From Trichinella spiralis (taxonomy: Eukaryota), in the NCBI RefSeq assembly GCF_000181795.1, contig NW_003526941.1:3482443-3502442 (forward strand): a DNA stretch of 20,000 nt. Direction: 5' to 3'. Every line of letters starts with the position of its first letter. Position 1 is the stretch's first letter. Shown in pieces: positions 11,574 through 20,000 of this stretch. The notes beneath the pieces were generated by a model, which was not told the DNA's origin, did not search any database, and saw nothing but the letters and a program-made list of their open reading frames with translations. A program made the translations under genes and the position numbers.

Positions 11574-11684
11574 AGAAGTCCTTGTTGGAGGGGAGCAGTG
11601 CAGCTCGATGAAGTTTTACTGAGAGTTAGTCTGCTAACACCCAACGAATTATTCATTAAAAAATTTTTGGAGTCCTACGGGACA
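11574..11684 (+). ncRNA. U4atac: U4atac snRNA (minor, U12-type spliceosome); ends approximate
   Basis: UCCUUGU..AGGGGAG (11579-11595) is complementary to the conserved U6atac CUCCCCUUGACAAGGA (stem II). K-turn 5' stem-loop AGCUC-GAU-GA-AG-UUUUA-CU-GA-GAGUU (11602-11627). UGCUAAC (11632-11638) is complementary to U6atac GUUAGCA (stem I). Sm site AAUUUUUGG at 11662-11670. Terminal GUCC-UACG-GGAC hairpin at 11672-11683. Confidence 0.88.
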
Positions 11685-12815
11685 TGGTTTTCTTACACAG
11701 TGCTATTTTTTTCTACGCACAATATTTACAGTAAGTACTTCATTTGGGGATGTGTAAGATTTAATAAGATTTAAAATTGAATTGATTTCATTAAACTGTT
11801 TTTTAACGTTATACATTTTTCAGAAGTTAGTTATAGTTCTGTTTTTTTCATTTAATTTAAAACCGTTTTTGATATCAAGAGCATTACATACTGTTTGGAA
11901 AATTTGATAATTTTCTAATATTAATTTTAAATTGTTAGAATAACCATTACTTGCTATTCAACCGAAAATTCCCCGGATCAATAACTGCACATTTCTTGAC
12001 TTATTTAATTTTACTCTTTGCTGATTTTTGAACAGATTAGTGCAGCGGCAGAACACAAATGTAAGTCTCAACAAGTTGGGCAGCGGGAAAATAATCGAGT
12101 AGCTGTGCTCGTTCATTTCATGTGCAAGCAAACAAAAACTGTCTACACATTGACGGGAAATCTCATGTTCTTAGGCTGTTTTGGGGATGGAAAACAGTTT
12201 TTGAAAGTGGTGAAGTTTTGTTATGCTTTTTAATGTTATGAATGATGTTCCTGTATTCTAATTTCTAGTGGAATGTTTTAACGGCAGTTGAATACATAAG
12301 AAGAAAATTATTTACAGTTTGAAACCATTGATTTGTTGCTTTGTTTGTGGTATGTAATACGTGAAGAACAGAAGTAGCGTCAAATCCGAATGCAGAAATA
12401 TTTGCACAAATAAAATTTGAAAGTTGTATTACAACTGATTTACTATTGAAGGACAGTATATGTTAAACAAGCTTTACCCCTTTAGTTAAGGGCAGTGGAC
12501 ATTTGAGCATGATTATTAGTATAAACTCGTGTTTGAACTATTCGCAGCGGTTTATATGGTGCTGCTGTAACAAAAAAGTAATACAAACAAAATTTCAATG
12601 AACACTTACCAACATTTCGATTGTCTTATTTCATTAGTATTTCTTTCTTATTTCTTATTTCTTTTATTTACAGTTACTGAGGTCCGATTTTCTTCTAACG
12701 TATTACTCCAATCCAAAGTTTCTGTGAAAATCAAATATCAAAACTTTCAGAAGTTACTGTGACTGTCGTCACCGATTTTTCACTCATGTTAGACTAGTGT
12801 TTGTTTATATATGTT

Positions 12816-12842
12816 TATATATATATATATATATATATATAT
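12816..12842. repeat. (TA)n microsatellite
   Basis: About 13 perfect TA units. Confidence 0.95.
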
Positions 12843-12897
12843 GAATTCACTGTACAGCCAAGTTAAGATGAGATTGTTTGGTTTTTTACTCTTTTCA

Positions 12898-15297
12898 GTT
12901 ACGTCGTAATTACTGTAAAATTACAGTAGATTATCTATTAACAGGCAGGTTTAATTTATTTTTTTACTTGATCGTTTTGTTGTTGTACAGTAGTTACTGT
13001 AATGCAATGTGGTAAGGCAGAAATTGTAAACTGTATCGCCGTGAGCAATGTTATTTCATAAAATTTATACGCTATTACGAATTGGAAACTAGATTATTCA
13101 ACCTAAGGCAAAGTAATTTTCTATTTGCATAATTTGCTATTTACTCGGTTACTAATTTTCATTTTCATAGCTAGTTATTCAGCGTATCGTCATGACGGCA
13201 CGTGCTGAATTCCAGATCTCTCCTTCAATTGTTATCTATGATTGAAAGGTATGCTATGATATGTTGCCTGTGATATCCATCTGTGCTTTTATAGCATGGG
13301 AAATTTGCTTGCTATTTGTATGAACATACTAATATGCTAGCTGGAATTTGTTGATTGCCGTTTCGTTTTATTTTACACGTTTTGATGCATTTTTGCATAT
13401 CTACAATCTGTGATCAACTGTAGAAAACAAACAACTAACAGTCTGAATAAATAATAGCTAAAAAATTCAGTATATTATTTTTATATATTCGTTTTAGACT
13501 TACTGTGTGCGGCAAGTGAATAATGACGTTTCAAATGGAATACTAAACGCTTCCGTAAAAGTTTTTTGTTTTCATTTATTGAAAACCACATAATTGAATA
13601 AAGTAACTCGTGCAGAATGTGGACCTCAACGATGAAGTATTTTCGGTGAGTTAAATTTTTTTTAATTTGAATTTTGAATTGTTTAAAAACATAGCTGCTA
13701 ATAGATGTTGATTCTCAAGATTAGTGAAATTTACAGCATATGTAGTGTGTAAAATTTGCTGAAATTTGACGTCTTAAGTAACGTTTAATTAGAGTAGTGT
13801 ATCACAAATCATGTATTTTCACGTTGTTTTACTATTTCAGGTTAAATAGAATTTTTTATTCCACAATGCTGAGATCAGATTGAAAATCATTTTTCCAGAA
13901 TAGGCAATTTAGAATACAGTTTTAGTTGAATGAAGTCAGGAAAATTAGATTGTTTTACCTGAGGCAAAGTAGTTTGCTATTTATATAATTTACTTTTCAG
14001 AGTGTTTCATCTTGTAGTCATTTAGTCTATAGCCATGAAGGAATTTGCTAAACTTCAACTTCATCAATTTTTGAAGGATGAGTTGTTTTTTACATAACAA
14101 AACTGCTACTGTTTGCATGATATTGGTGCATGCATGCATAACACCATATATGCTGGCTTGTGATGGATGAGCTTTTCTGTTATTAGCATTTTTTATAGTA
14201 ATGTCATTATGTTTCAGGTGCCATCGGTTTGTCGTACTCGTTAGAAGATAGCAACAACGCTTTAAGTTCTCTGAACTTTGGTAAGTTTTCATTAGCCGCT
14301 TTTACAGCATGCAATGGGATGTAACAAGACTTTGCCACGAATTAACAGAATTATTGCATGTAAATAATTTGTAATAAATATTTCCCAGCGATTACTGCTT
14401 CGCATTTTGAAAACGGAAAAATTACATTTCATTTTTTAATCCGTATACTGACAGAATTCATTATTTAGGCAATTGAACCCCTCCGTGGTTGCAGTTTTTT
14501 TCTAAACGATACCATAATGATTGCCTGTAGCATCCATCATGCAGAAAACCCTAGCTTGGTGTACTGCAACGCCAATCGTTGCGTCTGTCAACGAGATGTG
14601 GAATTTCCAACCCCAAAATTGCGGATCCAGTGGAAGATGTGCTTCGTACAGTTAAAGCCCCAAAAGCACCAACGCAGTCAATAGAAGAATGATTTGGGCA
14701 TCAAAAGAGTGCAAGCATTTCCAGAGATTGCACGAATGCTTCATGGTTGCAGTTTTATCAAAACGATACGATTATGCAAAGGAAACAGAAGAAGAAGCTG
14801 TCCAAATTGCGCAGTAGATTTGTCGAGAAGCTTTACAAGTGATTCAGGTAAGTCATTGAGCAGTATTTATTTCATACTGGGTTTATTTTTCTACTTCTAA
14901 GTCATAGCAATAAATAATATGCATAAAGTTTTTAGATATGGATCGAAATGGATAGATTGGAAGAATGATTCCAACATCAAAAGTGCAAGCATTTCCAGTG
15001 ATTCCGCGACTGCTCACGGTTGAACATTTATCAAAAGGAAGTGCAAAGAAGACAGAAAGAAGTTGCCCAAATTGCGCAGTAGATTTTTCGAGAAGCTTTA
15101 CAAGGGACTCAGGTAGGTTATTGAATAGTATTCATATTCTCCAATTGTCATGCATTAATTTTTTAGGTGCGGATCGAAATTGATAGAATGGAAGAATGAT
15201 TCCAACTTCAAAAGTGCAAGCATCCTGATCAAAACGAAGTGCAAAGAAGACAGCTGTTTGAATTGAGCGGCAAATTTGTTTAGAAGCTTTAGCGCAG
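12898..15297 (+). other. Exon-like segments of a spliced locus without a continuous ORF (lncRNA or decayed gene)
   Basis: Segments flanked by pyrimidine-rich YAG acceptors and GTRAG/GTATG donors: 13171-13248, 14218-14280, ...-14847, 14936-15112, 15167-15297. Segment 13171-13248 has stops in all three frames. Confidence 0.35.
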
Positions 15298-15303
15298 GTA
15301 AGT
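14680..15303 (+). repeat. Three diverged tandem copies of an exon-like unit
   Basis: The shared core GAAGAATGATT...TCAAAA(GA)GTGCAAGCAT...AGAAGCTTTA...CAG|GTA(A/G)GT ends at 14847, 15112 and 15297. The third copy is internally deleted. Confidence 0.85.
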
Positions 15304-15628
15304 TAAATTAAGCCTGAAACTTATACATGCAGTTCATAAAGATCTTTTATAGAGTCTGAGATGCATTGTTGGTGAATTTGGAAGTATCACCTTATCCGAC
15401 GAGAGATCAGATCAGAAGAGAACAGATCTATCAGAAGAAGCGATGTTTTATGGTGAGAACTCCAATTACAGGTGGGAGGTGTTCGGTAAGCTGCATTTCA
15501 CTTGGGATGCAATATCCAGCACAGAGCGTTTATAAAGTCTTTCGACAAGCATTGCAACCAACCCTTGTTGGGATTATCGATTGGAATTAGCATGTGAGAC
15601 ACGATTTTTTCCTGAAAATTTGGAAATC

Positions 15629-16110
15629 GCCTGAGGCGTAAATCTGGGTGTAGCTTAAGGGTGAACATTTTTTTGAAAATGGATTCAGGCGTAGCTCCGG
15701 GTGAACCTTGAGGGCGAAATTTTTTTTAAAATTGCCTGAGGTGTACCCTGGGGCGTAGCCTGGGGGAAATTTTTTAAAATTTTAGAAAATTTTGAAATTT
15801 CAGAAAACAGTTGCCGGAGGCGTAGCCTGAGGCATAGCCTGAGAGCAAATATTTTTTTGAAATTTGCCTCAGGGGTGGTTTGAAGGCAAATAGTTTTTTT
15901 AAATTGCCTGAGGCATAGCCTGAGAGCAAATATTTTTTTAAAATTGCCCTGGGGCATAGCCCAGGGCGTAGCCGCAGGGTAAAATTTTGAAAAACTTGGA
16001 AAATTTTTGAAATTAAAAAGACGTTGCCCGGGGCGTAGCCTTAGGCATAGCTGGAGGCATACCTCGAGGAAATTTCCCAAAAGGGAGAGCCTAGAGCATA
16101 GCCTGAGGCG
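15629..16110. repeat. GC-rich minisatellite of 12-bp GCCTGAGGC(G/A)TA units separated by A/T tracts; possibly a non-autonomous transposon interior
   Basis: About 20 variants of the quasi-palindrome GCCTNAGGC in clusters of 2-3, separated by TTTTTTAAAA-type spacers. There is a ~40-bp sub-period and a ~210-bp higher-order repeat (starts ~15731 and ~15943). Confidence 0.85.
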
Positions 16111-16300
16111 ATAATTTTATTTGATCATTTTCATTCTAGGGTTATTTTCTTAAAGGCTCTCCTGCAACTTACCTTACCTGACACATACGTGAATGCCCAT
16201 ACCTAAAATGTGTTAATATTAACTGATAGCCTTAACGCAATAACGGACCCTTACCTGATAATCCTGTTGAGATGTGGAATGTTCGCATAGTTCATTTCAC

Positions 16301-16344
16301 ACATTTCAGATCTGATCAGTTGTTCCTGATCAGATCTGAAATGT
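16301..16344. repeat. Perfect inverted repeat, 19-bp arms and 6-nt loop
   Basis: ACATTTCAGATCTGATCAG-ttgttc-CTGATCAGATCTGAAATGT. Confidence 0.95.
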
Positions 16345-16496
16345 TGTATCAGAGAAGTGTTAAGGAACTTACTAGTCTTTGATGCAAGATGAACGCACGT
16401 ATAGTTCTTGAACAGTCCATCTTCTCAAATCTGCTGCTAGTATGAAGTGTCCGTCGTTGAGTCTGCTGTTCTTTAACTTCTGGCAGATCCTCCCAA

Positions 16497-17245
16497 ACAC
16501 CATGTTACCAGATCTAAAACATAAGAGCGTTAATAAGTAAAGCAATAGGTAAAAGTAATAAGTACTTACTTGACTTTATGATGACGCAAGTTGAACGGTT
16601 ATTATTCATCCTGTCCAATCCACTAGCGTCAATAGCAAACGATTCTGTAAAAATTACACCTGAAAATAGTGTCAAATGTAGGACTTACCTGTGACTCGAA
16701 GAATAAGTATGCTCGGCAAAGTATCCAGTGCTGTAGAGACATGTATATTCCCTCCAGCTGGTGGTTTCTTGTTTATATGGATTCCCATCGAAAAAATGTC
16801 TTTCTTTAATTTATGCAATGGGGTGAATTTTCTTAGCATGTTCTCATTAACATTGTGCAGCTTCATCTTCCCAGACACCCATGTTACCAGATCTAAAACA
16901 TAAGAGCGTTAATAAGTATAGTAAAGCATCATAAAAGTAATAAATACTTACTTGACACTATGATGACGCAAGTTGAACGTGTAATATTCATCCTGTTTAA
17001 TCTGCTATGGTCAAGTATTAAACGATTTTGTTGATGAAAAATTGAACCTGAAAATATGTATGAGTAATGTCAAATTTAGGACTTACCTGTTACTCGAAGA
17101 ATAAGCATGCTCGGCAACGTATCCAGTGCTGTAGAGACAAATGAATATTCCAACCAGCTGATAATTTCTTGTTTATACGGGTTCCCTAAGGAAAGCTGTC
17201 TTTCTTAAATTTATGCGATAGGTTCAATTTTCTTAGCATGCTCTC
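16497..17245. repeat. Tandem duplication of a ~380-400 bp unit containing two minus-strand exons and their introns
   Basis: CCATGTTACCAGATCTAAAACATAAGAGCGTTAATAAGTA occurs at ~16500 and ~16879, TATGATGACGCAAGTTGAACG at ~16577 and ~16959, and GGACTTACCTGT.ACTCGAAGAATAAG.ATGCTCGGCAA.GTATCCAGTGCTGTAGAGACA at ~16681 and ~17079. Confidence 0.93.
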
Positions 17246-20000
17246 AAGCAGCTACGCATGACGAATTGTCTTTCTCCATTTCACGCATGTAGTGGAATCG
17301 CTGACAGTCAGCCAAATCCATCCGTGTGATTATTTTTAACCATGTGGTAGAAATTATAAAGATTTGATGTCACAAAGTCTCAAAATGTCTGAAAATTATT
17401 AATTATTGCTATTACTGGTATTAAATAGCCATATTATAAAAAGGAATTGAAGACAAATAACAGTGCATCTGGATTTAAGCTTTACGTTACACATAGAAAT
17501 TGTAAATAGAATACTCACTTGTTAAATCAGGTGCATATGATAAAAATGTGGAGATCATTTGCTCAACTTGAGGGTTCAAAGATGTTGCTATTTCAATCTT
17601 AAACCAAACAACTTTATCCACGGAGTTTAAAGTATGTTATACTTACCCTAGTTCACTTTCAGCGTTACGATCCCATAATGTTGACGTTTTTCAAACTTCA
17701 AAATAATGTGAACCACTTCAGCAGTAGAAAATAATAAAGGCACAGGAATTTAAACTATAAACCATAAAATAAGTGCTATACTGATAATCTGTTATTGTAA
17801 AATATACATACCATTATTCATATTGAGCTGTGAAGTAAGTCACCGTTGTTCACTTATCCTAAAAGTTATTAGCTAATATAATATTTCAGTTTTCTAAGGG
17901 AGTGAAATATGGACAAAGATGTTTTTACTTACATGATGACTTTATTCCATCACGAAAGATACGTGGACGTATCGAACATTTCCAAGTAAAAATGATAATA
18001 GAGAATATTGAATGTGTTATGAACTAGTATAAATTTTCAAATATTAATGTGTGCAGAATAAAGGATTTGTTTTTTACTTACATGTCATCTTTATTTCTGT
18101 CAAAATTCAGCGACAGTGCCATCACTAGCGAGGAAATTTAGTATTACAAAATAAATAAGTGGCTTGAATTCTAAAATTATTATGATGCACCGTTATTTGT
18201 CTTCAATTACTTTTTATAATATGGCTCTTTCACGTTGGCTTATCTGATTATATTCATGCTAATAGTAAGGCAGAATGGTAATTGTAGCATACGTATTGCA
18301 CTACTTACCCTTTCTTTCATGTGAAATTGAATTTAATTATGTGAGTATTGGTAATTCGTTGCCCTTTACAGTTTTATAGGAACAGCTCCAGTTGTCGGCA
18401 TTGAAGTGGTTTGTCAGTTCCTTCTCCGTTTCTGAAAAAATTTTATTTCAATAAGATACTACATATTCGGAATAGATTGAAAATTTAACTTGCTCTTCAT
18501 GGCACATGTATGTAATATTCCACTGCAACCCGTGTGAAATCTGAAAGTAGAATATATTAGAAAATTCATCTCAAAATACGGAATATCAATAAGTACTCTA
18601 TTGTCTGTTGCATCTATAAGGAAACGAAGTAATGTGTCATCAGGAATAATTCAATGTTAGTACTGTTAGCGGGAACAGATATCAGTTCGAAATGACAAGT
18701 CATGCAAATAGCGTGCATAGAAGATGAGCACTACATTATAGAATAGCACTTACCTCTTCATCAAAGATGATATTCAAGAGTGCTACTATATTTCCGCACA
18801 TTCCGATACGGCGATATGCTATAGAACTGACCATAGATACGACATTCTGAAACATTGCATAATAGTAATTAAAGTTGCCTTTGGTAGAAGAACCTACTTT
18901 ACGGTAAATTATAGCGTATTAGCATAAATTATTGACCTTTTATTAATGTTACTGTTATAATTAAAGCTATTTTGCTTCTGGTTATATAAGTGTATGGATA
19001 ATGCAATTAGCATAAAAATTTATTTCACTAAACTGTAATAGTATATCAGCATTGATATAAATGAAAAACTATATTGATTAAGTATGAAAAAAAATTGACG
19101 TTAACAATTGTTATTTGTTTAAAGTGGAAATAAAAAGATGTGATGCAAGAAGATGTACTACATGCGTTACATTTTATATTATGAAATATGAAGGCTGATA
19201 ATTAATAGCTTTATGTGAAATAGTAAAAGAATAGTTAGGTAATGGTCAGTACAATTTCAGTAGATTCATTCTCCAGAATTACTCAAAAATTTACTTCCAT
19301 ATTTCATGATTACTGAAAGGGGAAATACTGAGTGTAGATTCACACGGTATAAACTTCTACATCCAAGCATACACTGAAATAAATATGAAAAATAGTTTCA
19401 GCAAATTGAATTTCATTTCTCTCAAAATCAGTTGTTGGAAACCTCATGCACTAACATCAATATGGGCACGACTTGAGCACAACTGAGCAAACGTAACTTA
19501 CCTTCTGTTCATGGGTGACATTGAATACTACAATTGAACATACCAAGTCACTCATGGCCGTCGCATTCTCTTACCGATTAACTTCCTAAGTGTATAACAT
19601 TCTGAAAAGTTATCAAAAGTAATAAATTTAAATAAGGGACGACATTGCCTATGATGGAATCGCTTTCTTTCCATTTAAAAATACGACAATAAAGCAAATG
19701 TAATTCAAAACCTTATCGAATGAGTAAGGTTATTACGTACTTATTGATGTTCTACATAACAGTGCATAATATGCATAAATTGTTTTTACAGGAGTACATT
19801 GAAACCGATAACTGACAAAAACTCACATGTCTCCTTGATTCCAATGTAAAAGATATGTGTATTAATATACGCGCATGCTAACTTTAGAGGCAATTTATTC
19901 AACAAGTACAGGCTAGTTTGCACTGGAACTTTCCAAAACCCACTATTGTATCAAACTTTAGCAAAATATAACAAAAAAAGCTAACTTTTGGAAAAAAGCC

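Larger units (their letters stand above)
16170..19880 (-). pseudogene. Multi-exon minus-strand locus with many short exons but interrupted reading frames (pseudogene, lncRNA or fast-evolving gene)
   Basis: More than 10 strong minus-strand splice-site pairs (TTTCAG/TTTTAG acceptors, GTAAGT donors), e.g. 18846-18754, 18431-18309, 17388-17087, 17047-16952, 16892-16689, 16659-16570. The last three are consecutive, open phase-1 exons, but 18431-18309 has stops in all frames and paralogous exons are frameshifted relative to each other. Confidence 0.45.

Noticed and set aside
11538..11774. 78-aa ORF
   Set aside because: Overlaps the U4atac snRNA, has a non-ATG start and no protein-like features.
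15685..16080. 131-aa ORF, or a CRISPR-like array
   Set aside because: It is a translation of the minisatellite. The spacers are low-complexity and similar to each other, and the context is eukaryotic with no cas genes.
16575..17052. Two ATGATGA…CTGA segments resembling C/D box snoRNAs
   Set aside because: The CTGA is just the complement of minus-strand TTTCAG acceptors, the putative guides differ between copies, and there is no good terminal stem.

Overview
AT-rich eukaryotic genomic DNA with short spliceosomal introns, so most of the supplied ORFs are exon fragments or spurious. The gene style plus a minor-spliceosome snRNA suggest a basal (clade I, Trichinella-like) nematode; this is inference. 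Contents in order: (1) a 5'-truncated, 13-exon beta-glucuronidase (GH2) gene on +, with one GC-AG intron and one out-of-phase junction; (2) a minus-strand gene with a 6-Cys chitin-binding-like (CBM14/peritrophin-A-like) domain, a Gly/Tyr-rich segment and 25-aa Gly/Pro tandem repeats; (3) a two-exon minus-strand gene for a secreted, probably GPI-anchored protein with a cationic AMP-like N-terminus, a Cys-rich domain and a calcium-binding EGF domain; (4) a four-exon 40S ribosomal protein S11 gene; (5) a compact, structurally unusual U4atac snRNA about 265 bp downstream of rps11; (6) about 7 kb with two convergent, splice-site-rich loci without a continuous ORF, containing tandemly duplicated exons and separated by a palindromic GC-rich minisatellite and a perfect 19-bp hairpin.
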